A stretch of 36,350 bases of DNA from a virus, in UHGV virus genome UHGV-0207457; one strand, 5' to 3'. Below, in pieces: positions 1 through 7,304 of this stretch. Numbering within the stretch: position 1 is the stretch's first letter; every line of letters starts with the position of its first letter. The translations under genes were made by a program, and so were the position numbers. The notes under the pieces are model-generated. The model did not search any database, was not told the DNA's origin, and saw only the letters and a program-made list of their open reading frames with translations.

Positions 1-137
1 GTCATGATCACTTTATTGAAGTACCTTTGAGCGTCGCCTCTAAAGTATTGCTGTTAAATGCTTTTTTACAGTCAGAAATCACTCAGCAAGAGTTAGCCAG
101 GCGAATTGGCAACCCGAATGTAGTCAACCCAAAATAA
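1..137 (+). CDS. 3' end of an ORF running off the left edge; C-terminal fragment with an HTH-like segment (…QSEITQQELARRIGNPNVVNPK*)
   Basis: Frame 3 is open from position 3 to TAA at 135-137; ELARRIG resembles the first helices of an XRE-type HTH. Too short to assign. Confidence 0.3.
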   Translation, partial: HDHFIEVPLSVASKVLLLNAFLQSEITQQELARRIGNPNVVNPK

Positions 138-369
138 CTAAAAATTTTGCAATAAAAAGCCCCATCTCAAGGACAAGGCTTAGAAATCAACTAATTAACA
201 TAGTTTCCAGATCAAAGGGGTTATAATGAAATCCATAAAAGGTGATCTGTTAGCTGGGTGCTGTATATCTAAAATGTTACTTAATTAATATCGTTCTGGT
301 GGTTAGCTTTCATCGCATCCCACCATTTTTGAGTAATCTTCATGCTATTGAATTGCATCATTTCACCTC

Positions 370-1149
370 TTACTCTGCGTCTACCATGTCACATGCAAAT
401 TGAGTGTGTTTATATTCAGAATCAAATTTTGGTTCAATTACTTCAAGACGCATGTCACCTTTTTTGCTTACCCAGATGTTATAAGTGTTAACACGTCCAA
501 TAGCATCCTGTTTGGATTTACCTTCCATTGCGTTTGGATTCTCTTTAGATGGCTTGAGACTTGATTTATAAACATCATACTTGTCGGAATACACAAAAGA
601 TACAGGAACATCGTCTACCATTTTGATCTTAAGTTTACCGCCGTTATTATCAAAAGTTTTGTTTCCGTAGAGTTTATCTTTTACAGCTTCTGTTTCCTCA
701 CCATCGATAACTTTCCATGTAAATTTTGTAGTACATGCGTAAATCGCGGTAACATTCAGTTTCTTTACTTCTTCCTGTTTCGGTTGTTCTTCTTCAATCT
801 TCGCAGAAGTCTCTGAATCGCTCTCTGACGCGGTTTCTTCTTTAGATAATACATTCATCAAGTTTTGGATTTGAGCGTTGTATACAGCCTCCAGTGGCTG
901 AATCTGCCCGATATTGATCATTGTATCACGAACAGTTTTATTCCAGTTGCGTTGCTCTTGTTTAAGAGACGGATCAATCTTAACAGCCTTAACATATACT
1001 TCATGAAGTTTAGAATCCAGTGCGGAGATTGACTCATTAGCACAAATAAACTTCTCTGATTTGGTTATAGCCTTAGTGCAATCAAAGGACGCAGCATCAG
1101 CACCGAAAGCAGTAGCAGAAAGCACGATAGCAGCGATAATGTTTTTCAT
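370..1149 (-). CDS. Secreted DUF1311 (LprI/YecT-like) domain protein with a Cys-bounded C-terminal domain; possible periplasmic lysozyme-inhibitor-like moron
   Basis: ATG at 1149 with AGAGGT Shine-Dalgarno; N-terminal signal peptide MKNIIAAIVLSATAFGADA; DUF1311-type motif C-x-K-A-x-T-x-x-E-x-x-IC ... QRNW; C-terminal ~120 aa bracketed by Cys (YAC...FACD), reminiscent of an MliC-like fold. Confidence 0.65.
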   Translation of the reverse strand: MKNIIAAIVLSATAFGADAASFDCTKAITKSEKFICANESISALDSKLHEVYVKAVKIDPSLKQEQRNWNKTVRDTMINIGQIQPLEAVYNAQIQNLMNVLSKEETASESDSETSAKIEEEQPKQEEVKKLNVTAIYACTTKFTWKVIDGEETEAVKDKLYGNKTFDNNGGKLKIKMVDDVPVSFVYSDKYDVYKSSLKPSKENPNAMEGKSKQDAIGRVNTYNIWVSKKGDMRLEVIEPKFDSEYKHTQFACDMVDAE

Positions 1150-1304
1150 TTTATACCTCTTTTGGTATGGACTGACTTTTAGATGCTTACTTTATTGATT
1201 TTTGATATTTTTTCAATTATTGGGATGAGATTTAGTAATTAAATTAAGAAATTAATGCTTGACAAATTAAAAAGGTACTGTTCCACGGATGAAATAAAGG
1301 GAGT

Positions 1305-1390
1305 TTTCGGCACCCCGGTATTTGATACGCGGGCGGGATTCTGAAACGTGATCACTTCACTTATGGCGCGGTCGCTACGCGACTATTAAC
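1305..1390. promoter_or_regulatory. GC-rich segment with partial dyad symmetry upstream of the Nu1-like gene; candidate cos/packaging recognition region
   Basis: ACGCGGGCGGGATTCTG and GGTCGCTACGCGAC lie in an AT-rich context about 120-190 bp upstream of the Nu1-like ORF; loosely resembles lambda cosN (GGGCGGCGACCT). Weak. Confidence 0.2.
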
Positions 1391-1507
1391 CCACTTCCTA
1401 GCCCTTACCATTACTGGATCTTTCCCTTCGTTAGAATGCGATTTAGGCGCTTAGATTGTGCGTAAAACCAATAAATAAAATTACGCAAATTTAATGGAGG
1501 ATAACCA

Positions 1508-2062
1508 ATGAAAGAAGAATTAACCCTTACAGAAATTTCCCGTTTATATGGTTATACATTGAATGGTGGCGGTAAGCGATGGTTAGAAAGGGGATTGCCA
1601 TTTAACACCAATACCCGCCGCGTGCCAGCCAAAGAAGGAACAGAATGGGTCTTGAAAAATATTATCAACCCGCTTAAACAAACTTCTATCAAAGAACAAA
1701 TCGATGTAGAGAAATTACGCCGTGAGCGTGCTTTGGCAGATGCAGCCGAACGAGAGAACCAGGAAAAAATGAATCTCCTGATTCCTGTCGGGTATGTAGA
1801 ACAGGAACTAGCGGAATATTGCGGAAAGGTGAAACAGACTATTTTGCAGATCGCCACAATCGACGCTTTAGAAATTCTCGAATCTGCCACTGATCAGAAA
1901 ACATTGAAGAATAAGCTAAGGGAGATCATCGAGCGTCGTTTAAATGAAGTAGGGGACTTGTTCGAAAATGCGGATTTGGGAGAAGACGAGGAAGAAGAAT
2001 TAGCATTAATCGATGAACCGGAACAAGAACCAGAAGAAGACGATGAATTTGATGTGTCTTAA
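1508..2062 (+). CDS. Nu1-like small terminase / DNA-binding packaging protein candidate (184 aa) with acidic C-terminal tail
   Basis: Strong RBS GGAGG; N-terminal HTH-like segment, GGGK motif and EKLRRE motif as in lambda Nu1; acidic tail EDEEEELALIDEPEQEPEEDDEFD. Lies ~6.2 kb from the large terminase, which is atypical. Confidence 0.45.
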   Translation: MKEELTLTEISRLYGYTLNGGGKRWLERGLPFNTNTRRVPAKEGTEWVLKNIINPLKQTSIKEQIDVEKLRRERALADAAERENQEKMNLLIPVGYVEQELAEYCGKVKQTILQIATIDALEILESATDQKTLKNKLREIIERRLNEVGDLFENADLGEDEEEELALIDEPEQEPEEDDEFDVS

Positions 2063-2162
2063 AATTTCTATACTAAATATATACGTGAAGGATGTTGAGC
2101 TGGTCAACGTCTACGGGGGAGAACATCCCCCGCTAACCTTTTTCTTATTTGAGGATTTACCT

Positions 2163-2264
2163 ATGGTTGAATTTTTGATTTATCTGGCTGTAGGATTAAC
2201 TATCGTATATTCACTGGCACATATTGGCATTTCTACTTTGTGTAACGCTTTCAAGTATCATTAA
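2163..2264 (+). CDS. Small hydrophobic membrane peptide (33 aa)
   Basis: ATG at 2163 after GAGGA; MVEFLIYLAVGLTIVYSLAHIGISTL is one predicted TM helix. Confidence 0.3.
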   Translation: MVEFLIYLAVGLTIVYSLAHIGISTLCNAFKYH

Positions 2265-2317
2265 TTAAATCGATGAATTGAACTATAGATGATGGTCGTT
2301 TTCAAAGAGGATTATCT

Positions 2318-2491
2318 ATGGATCTTTTTGTCTACTTTGCTACTCTGCTGTTTTTGACTATCGTCGCTGGCATTAAATTGATTTTTATATCGCTGGTGGT
2401 GTTTTTCAAATTTCTAATCGGTACGCCTTACGGCTGGGTATGCTTCTTTTTGTTTATTCTTTTTAGTTGCTGTAAAAAGGATACTAAATAA
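2318..2491 (+). CDS. Small membrane protein (57 aa, two hydrophobic segments)
   Basis: ATG at 2318 after AAGAGG; MDLFVYFATLLFLTIVAGIKLIFISLVVFF...; followed by tandem intrinsic terminators. Confidence 0.4.
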   Translation: MDLFVYFATLLFLTIVAGIKLIFISLVVFFKFLIGTPYGWVCFFLFILFSCCKKDTK

Positions 2492-2650
2492 TAGTGTAAT
2501 CTGCCTTTTCTCCTTATGGTTATTAACAGGGGATCTTCTTTGAGGATTCCCGATTAAAAGCCATAAAAACACACTTCCAGTACAGTGTTTTCATAGTCAG
2601 GATCTATACAACATAAAAACATAACAAGTATAGATTGAGTATTAATCCTC

Positions 2651-2676
2651 CCGCCCTTCGGGGCGGTTATTTTTCT
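2651..2676 (+). terminator. Intrinsic terminator (UUCG-loop hairpin + T-tract)
   Basis: CCGCCC-TTCG-GGGCGG followed by TTATTTTTC. Confidence 0.6.
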
Positions 2677-2746
2677 GGCTTTAAAGAATAATGTAGCATT
2701 ATGTTCATTATAACCTCATCTTTGTTGTGCAAACCTAAACTTACTA

Positions 2747-2771
2747 GGGACTCTTCGGAGTCCCTTTTTTT
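2747..2771 (+). terminator. Intrinsic terminator (UUCG-loop hairpin + T7 tract), abutting the stop of the convergent 80-aa gene
   Basis: GGGACTC-TTCG-GAGTCCC followed by TTTTTTT. Confidence 0.65.
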
Positions 2772-3012
2772 ATGCAACAATTCGAAGTGTAAGTTTCTTA
2801 TGTTGTGTAGGTTTAGTTTCATTTCGCCACTCAGGGAATACATGATCCATCATAACCGCATTAGTCTCATCAATCAGCTTTAAGGACTTTCTCAACGCCT
2901 TATTATCAGCTTTAAGTGTTTTAATCTCTGATTCCATCGCTACCATTCTTTCTTTCATTTTGGTAATTTCTAACATCAGATTACCCAGAAATTCTTTGTT
3001 TTGATTCATCAT
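2770..3012 (-). CDS. Small coiled-coil protein (80 aa)
   Basis: ATG ATG at 3012/3009 with GGGGTGA RBS; heptad-like MLEITKMKERMVAMESEIKTLKADNKALRKSLKL; last gene of the leftward operon. Confidence 0.5.
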   Translation of the reverse strand: MMNQNKEFLGNLMLEITKMKERMVAMESEIKTLKADNKALRKSLKLIDETNAVMMDHVFPEWRNETKPTQHKKLTLRIVA

Positions 3013-3027
3013 AGATTCACCCCTCTA

Positions 3028-4023
3028 TTAAGCTGCGTATGCGTAGGCGCTGTAGTTGGTGTCGTAGATAGCGTCATGCAGTGCCATCTGTGCTTCGCGG
3101 ATCTCGTCTTCGTTTACTTCAATCTCTTCTTGTTCTTCTTCGGTATCTTCCCAAGTGGTTTTGAATTTAGCCATAAAGTTATTGCGCAGGGATTCAAAGT
3201 TAGTAACAGGTGCGGATTCTTTTTCAACTTCAACCGGAACAACTACCGGAGCAACTTCTTGTTCTACTTCTGCAACAACACCCCAGCGATAGTTAAGGAG
3301 TTCTTCCAGTTCTTCATCAATGGATTTTTCTTCAACTGCTTCAACTTCAACCGCTGCTACTTCGAAAGTGGTTTCCTGTGCTGCCAGTTCAGCTTTCAGA
3401 GATGCGTTTTCAGCTTCCAGTTCAGCAATGCGTGCTTTCAGTGCTTCAACTTCGGAAGATTCAACCACTGCAACTTCTTCTTTAACTTCTTCAACTACTA
3501 CCGGAGAAACTTCTTTCTGTGCTTCTTTTTTGCAGAAGAAGGAGGAAGTAACCTGTAATGCGTGGTTGTAGAAGGAACCGCCTTTAGCGGTGTTAACAGT
3601 ACCAGAAACATCCTTTACAGTGGATTCGGTAGCAACAGTACGGAAGCGTTTTGCGACTTCCTGGGTCTCTACGCCGTATTCGTTACGTTTGCTCTTGTGA
3701 TGCATTACAGCACGGAAGCCGGAAGCAGTTTTAACAACAGCCAGATAGTAAGTTTCATCAGCTTTAACAGCACGAGCGAAGCAATAAACGGATTCACCTT
3801 CTACCAGTGTAGGTTTAACGTGACGTTTGTCGAAACGGTTAGTGATCTGCCATTCAGCACCGTCTTTGATGCCAGCATTCTGACGCATTTCGGTCAGAGT
3901 CTTACCGGATACTACTTCAAAGGATTTGTCTTGTTTGCTTGCTTTACCTTCCATGACGGTAATGTTCAGTTTGCCGTTGGATTTAATAAACAGGTTGAAG
4001 GTGATGCGCTTAGAATTTTTCAT
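3028..4023 (-). CDS. Hypothetical early protein (331 aa): N-terminal globular domain plus strongly acidic E/V/A-rich coiled-coil C-terminal half
   Basis: ATG at 4023 with GGAG RBS; the antisense + strand ORFs here are Phe/Asn/Cys-rich low-complexity, so the - strand is the coding one. Function not recognised. Confidence 0.75.
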   Translation of the reverse strand: MKNSKRITFNLFIKSNGKLNITVMEGKASKQDKSFEVVSGKTLTEMRQNAGIKDGAEWQITNRFDKRHVKPTLVEGESVYCFARAVKADETYYLAVVKTASGFRAVMHHKSKRNEYGVETQEVAKRFRTVATESTVKDVSGTVNTAKGGSFYNHALQVTSSFFCKKEAQKEVSPVVVEEVKEEVAVVESSEVEALKARIAELEAENASLKAELAAQETTFEVAAVEVEAVEEKSIDEELEELLNYRWGVVAEVEQEVAPVVVPVEVEKESAPVTNFESLRNNFMAKFKTTWEDTEEEQEEIEVNEDEIREAQMALHDAIYDTNYSAYAYAA

Positions 4024-4074
4024 TTATAAATACTCCTGAATGCTCTGTGTTAGTTTTAATGTTTCATGCTAAAA

Positions 4075-4110
4075 GCCTCCTTGCGCCAACAGGGAGGCTT
4101 TTTTATTTTT
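4075..4110 (+). terminator. Strong rho-independent terminator on + strand, located between two genes of the leftward (-) operon
   Basis: GCCTCC-N11-GGGAGGC hairpin followed by TTTTTTATTTTT; on the - strand the same hairpin is followed only by UUUUAGC. Confidence 0.5.
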
Positions 4111-4142
4111 AAAGCCATCATATAATTCTCAGTGAAAGTGGA

Positions 4143-4322
4143 TTAACAAACTTGAACGTTAATCTTTATCTGAATTTCGTATTTCTTCATTAGCTTATAG
4201 AATCCGCTTCTATCAATTCCTTCCTTCTTAAAGAAATTCTCGCCGCCTCGTTCAGTATCGCCATAAAAGCGTTTAGCAATATCAACAATCATTTCACGAG
4301 TAAACTTAACAGGTCTAGCCAT
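4143..4322 (-). CDS. Small DNA-binding protein with Fis-type C-terminal HTH (59 aa)
   Basis: ATG at 4322 with GAGGA RBS (the track start at 4337 is TTG); EGIDRSGFYKLMKKYEI matches the Fis/NtrC-type HTH motif; first gene of the leftward operon, next to the operator palindromes. Confidence 0.55.
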   Translation of the reverse strand: MARPVKFTREMIVDIAKRFYGDTERGGENFFKKEGIDRSGFYKLMKKYEIQIKINVQVC

Positions 4323-4421
4323 AAGTAGATTCCTCAAATGTGGATTAATAAGGACAATAAAAAGAGCTTTTCGCCCTCGATACTTCTATTTATAAAATGA
4401 TTTTCAGAAAACCCTGTAAAA

Positions 4422-4443
4422 CCACTGTATATCCGATCAGTGG
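4422..4443. promoter_or_regulatory. 22-bp palindromic operator candidate CCACTG-N10-CAGTGG
   Basis: Perfect 6-bp inverted arms with a 10-bp spacer, ~100 bp upstream of the leftward operon start. Confidence 0.45.
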
Positions 4444-4506
4444 GAGCACGAATTGCTAAAGAGAAGATTAATAATTAATCAATTCGTACATTATTCAATC
4501 GAAAAA

Positions 4507-4543
4507 GCACTGTATGTTTAACCAGTGCTGTATGTGTTAACAG
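4507..4543. promoter_or_regulatory. Second palindromic operator GCACTG-N10-CAGTGC overlapping a LexA-box-like CTGT-N8-ACAG
   Basis: GCACTGTATGTTTAACCAGTGC at 4507-4528; CTGTATGTGTTAACAG at 4528-4543 fits the E. coli SOS-box core CTGT-N8-ACAG. Confidence 0.4.
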
Positions 4544-4887
4544 TGAATCAGGGGATTTTCAGAAGTGAACAATCATTTCATGCATGTATTTATACACGAA
4601 AAAATCTTGCTTATCATCAATATGGGGATTGTTTCGAAAATTTCAACCCCTACCAACGAGAAAAAGTATAAAATAATCCTTGATAGTTGTCAATACACTT
4701 GACCTAAGCGAGAAATGACTATCAAAATTTTTGTGTGAAAATGGCGGATAACGATTATCAACCTTTATAACCTATTATAGCACGGCGACCTTTTGATCAT
4801 TCCTTTTAAATCATTCGGTTACCGCGATTTTTGGTGATTTTATGATTAAATAATATACAAGAATTTTCTATCAAAATTTTTGATGAA

Positions 4888-5010
4888 AACCCTACACTAC
4901 AAACCTACACTTTAAAGGGATTGGCCTACACTACACTAGCCAGTAAACCTACACTATAACACCCTCAAACCTACGCTATGAAACCTACACACCTACACTA
5001 ACCCTACACT
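4888..5010. repeat. Iteron array: at least 8 direct copies of (A)ACCTACAC(T) with roughly helical phasing
   Basis: Copies start at about 4891, 4904, 4925, 4948, 4970 (variant CCTACGC), 4984, 4993, 5003; spacings 9-23 bp; sits in a 1.2 kb ORF-free region. Confidence 0.7.
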
Positions 5011-5349
5011 TCAATCTCATAAGTGTATGATCTTGAAAGACATTTAACCTCACAGACCATAGAATATAAAATTCGAACTAACGTTCTCCTTTTTGCTCGT
5101 TTTCTCTCACTACGTTCAAGAAAGATCTCGCAAAAAGAATACGGCGTAGCCGTGCGCGAAGCGCCCATCAACACCTTCTAAGACCTGCAAGCAGGATTCG
5201 AAAGGGATTGGATAGTTCGCTTCGCTCACGTTCACGCCTACGGCGTTCACTCACTTTTGAAAGGATTTTCTTAGAAAGGGATTTAATACTAGTTACTAAC
5301 TGATTCTAGTAAACGAACGAAGTGAGTAACAATCACTTTCTAGAAAGGT

Positions 5350-5390
5350 ATTGGTATCCCTTCGGGATTGCAACCTTCGGTTGCTAAATT
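5350..5390 (+). ncRNA. Tandem UUCG-tetraloop hairpins (ATCCC-TTCG-GGAT; GCAACC-TTCG-GTTGC) ending an ORF-free structured segment; candidate small RNA 3' end or processing site
   Basis: Two adjacent perfect stems with TTCG loops followed by an A/T-rich tract; no ORF of 60 aa or more anywhere in 4338-5583. Confidence 0.25.
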
Positions 5391-5583
5391 GCTTCCTGAT
5401 TATTATTTCTCCAAAAGAAAGATTCTTATATTCTAAAGATACTTCTTCGTTTTGATGATGATTTAATCAAAACTATGAAGGAGGGCTATGCCCGACTGAA
5501 TACAATCACCTTTCATAATAACAAGAATTTTCTCTTTATAAATAATATTAGATTGATTCACTTTCTTTTAGAGGATTTCCACT

Positions 5584-6051
5584 ATGAACCATAAAATGAC
5601 TACCACTACTCCTTTCATCCTGTTAGGTTTTGATGCTGATAGCTTCCACAATGACAAGTTAATGAAGATGTTCCGTGAACGTGGTTATAACATCCTTTTC
5701 AATTCCGATGAATCCCATTTCTCTAGTGCATGGTATGCGTTTTGCCGTAATAAGAAGCCGACCATTGTTGTTAACGTCTTCACCGATGAAGATCGCTTAA
5801 AGTACCAGAATCTACCAGCAATTATTGTTCGTGATGATCTGCCGTTTGAAGTCCGTTCCGGTGACATTGATCTGGGTAGCTTCGTTACTGTCTATGAACT
5901 GGATGAAGCAATGTTTAACTACGGCAAAGAAACCGCTCAGGAAGCCCCAGAACAAGATGAAGAAGATGAGGAAGACGAAGACTACGCTCCAATCTGTTTT
6001 TCTTCTCAGAATGGCTTCTACGGTTACGATGAAGGCTTAGATATGCTGTAA
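5584..6051 (+). CDS. Hypothetical protein (155 aa) with acidic C-terminal tail
   Basis: ATG at 5584 after AGAGGA; tail QEAPEQDEEDEEDEDYAPICF; function not recognised. Confidence 0.65.
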   Translation: MNHKMTTTTPFILLGFDADSFHNDKLMKMFRERGYNILFNSDESHFSSAWYAFCRNKKPTIVVNVFTDEDRLKYQNLPAIIVRDDLPFEVRSGDIDLGSFVTVYELDEAMFNYGKETAQEAPEQDEEDEEDEDYAPICFSSQNGFYGYDEGLDML

Positions 6052-6073
6052 GTTAGGTCAACCCTTTGGCGTC

Positions 6074-6114
6074 TTGTCAAGGTGTATTGACAAAAATTTC
6101 TGACTTTTTATGAT
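6074..6114 (+). promoter_or_regulatory. Sigma70-like promoter (TTGACA-16-TATGAT) whose -35 lies inside a palindrome TTGTCAA-N6-TTGACAA
   Basis: TTGTCAAggtgtaTTGACAA at 6074-6093; TATGAT at 6109-6114; a further TTGACA at 6124; upstream of the small basic ORF and the antirepressor gene. Confidence 0.45.
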
Positions 6115-6171
6115 TATCGCACTTGACAACTTTGATTATATTTGACCTAGATTTGTAAAGAGGATGTAAGC

Positions 6172-6351
6172 ATGAAAACCTTTACCCGTGAACGTGAACC
6201 AGGGGTGATCGAAACCCGCCGTCGTCGTTATGTTAAGGGCTTTGGTTGGGCTACCGAAACCGTGGATGTGGAATATAAAGACGAATCCAAAGCACCGAAA
6301 CCATCACCTTTGCAAATGGCTTTACGCGGATTGTGTGCTAACAACAAATAA
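6172..6351 (+). CDS. Small basic protein (59 aa)
   Basis: ATG at 6172 after AAGAGGATG; MKTFTREREPGVIETRRRRYVKGFGW...; below the ORF-track length cutoff. Confidence 0.4.
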   Translation: MKTFTREREPGVIETRRRRYVKGFGWATETVDVEYKDESKAPKPSPLQMALRGLCANNK

Positions 6352-6442
6352 GAAATAGCTCTTATAAATAAAATTGTTCCGGTGGTGATGCCGGAACAGG
6401 GAGGATTAAATCGCAAAACCGTTAATTAAGGGGAATTTTACT

Positions 6443-7258
6443 ATGAATACTGTTACTACTATGAATACTGCTGTTAAAACTGCTTCCGTGTCTCTGGTTG
6501 TTGATAACACCAAACCACTGACCATGTCTTCTCGTCAGATCGCTGAATTTACCGGAAAAGAACACAAAAACGTTAAAGCTGATATTGTTAAGATGTTTAA
6601 AGCACTTGAATTAGATGCGCTGAAATCTCAGCGTATCTATTTTGACCAATATGGACGCGAACAAACCGAATATCACCTTGACGAAGAAATGACGCTGACT
6701 CTTGTTACTGGTTACGATGTTAAACGTCGAATGATTGTTATTCAGGAATGGAAACGACTGAAAGAAGAAAATGAAAAACTGCGTCAGGAACGGTTAGCCG
6801 TTAACCCGTATGCAGACTTTGAAGAAACCGACTGGATCGAACTGGCGTTAAAGAAAACTCGCGAGAACAAGCAACTGATTACTCTACATCATCGCAAATC
6901 CGTAGATAGCCATTCAATGACGCGTTTGTTAGGTGCTAAAAAGGGCGCTACGAAGGTTAAAGAAGCACTGACGGCCTTACGTACTGCCGGATACATTGAG
7001 CGCGTCTATGATGAAAATAACAAGCCGTGTGGGTATGTTGCTAATGATTCCGCGATACCGTTTTGCAGCATGAACGCTCACTATCAACTTTCTTTCACTG
7101 TTGATGTGCTTCCGGTGCTGGTTGAATTGGGTGTTCTTGAAGAAGAACAAAAAGCAGCTTTGACACTGCCTAAACCGAATAACACGATCATGATTCAGAA
7201 TAAAGCGACTATCATGATTCGTCAGAATGTTGGATCGCTAGAACACTTCGGACTGTAA
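6443..7258 (+). CDS. Rha-family phage regulatory protein / antirepressor-like (271 aa)
   Basis: N-terminal TMSSRQIAEFTGKEHKNVKADIVKM matches the Phage_pRha motif; separate C-terminal domain; followed by an intrinsic terminator. Confidence 0.75.
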   Translation: MNTVTTMNTAVKTASVSLVVDNTKPLTMSSRQIAEFTGKEHKNVKADIVKMFKALELDALKSQRIYFDQYGREQTEYHLDEEMTLTLVTGYDVKRRMIVIQEWKRLKEENEKLRQERLAVNPYADFEETDWIELALKKTRENKQLITLHHRKSVDSHSMTRLLGAKKGATKVKEALTALRTAGYIERVYDENNKPCGYVANDSAIPFCSMNAHYQLSFTVDVLPVLVELGVLEEEQKAALTLPKPNNTIMIQNKATIMIRQNVGSLEHFGL

Positions 7259-7266
7259 TAATTTTT

Positions 7267-7292
7267 GCCCCTGAATTTCAGGGGCTTTTTTG
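7267..7292 (+). terminator. Intrinsic terminator after the antirepressor gene
   Basis: GCCCCTGAA-T-TTCAGGGGC followed by TTTTTT. Confidence 0.65.
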
Positions 7293-7304
7293 TATCTGTA
7301 GGTA

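Noticed and set aside
227-289. 20-codon ORF (MKSIKGDLLAGCCISKMLLN) with a GGGG RBS
   Set aside because: Very short, overlaps the 3' UTR region of the convergent 370-1149 gene, no supporting features.
1552-1890. 112-aa - strand ORF inside the Nu1-like gene
   Set aside because: Antisense to a gene with a strong RBS and recognisable motifs; Ser/Arg-rich translation.
2701-2883. 60-aa + strand ORF spanning the 2747 terminator and overlapping the 80-aa - strand gene
   Set aside because: Contains an intrinsic terminator within its frame and is antisense to a better-supported gene.
3001-4029. Plus-strand ORFs 3001-3558, 3320-3571 and 3562-4029 overlapping the 331-aa gene
   Set aside because: They are antisense to a well-formed - strand gene with an RBS; their translations are Phe/Asn/Cys-rich low complexity, typical of the reverse frame of a Glu/Val/Ala-rich gene.
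4424-4439. CTGTATATCCGATCAG as a LexA box
   Set aside because: The right half is TCAG rather than ACAG at the required spacing; more parsimoniously part of the CCACTG-N10-CAGTGG palindrome. The LexA-like call is kept only for 4528-4543.
4740-4760. TTATCAACC as a DnaA box
   Set aside because: Two mismatches to TTATNCACA and not repeated.
4888-5010. Possible CRISPR array
   Set aside because: Repeat units are only 9-10 bp with 3-14 bp between them; far too short for CRISPR repeats and spacers, and there are no cas genes. Interpreted as iterons.
4400-5583. tRNA or tmRNA genes in the long ORF-free region
   Set aside because: Scanned for T-loop (GGTTCGAATCC-like) and acceptor-stem/CCA patterns on both strands; only partial matches (GGATTCGAAAGG at ~5187) without a cloverleaf context.
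6228-6416. 62-aa - strand ORF overlapping the 59-aa + strand small basic ORF
   Set aside because: No RBS; the + strand ORF has a promoter and Shine-Dalgarno in the correct context.
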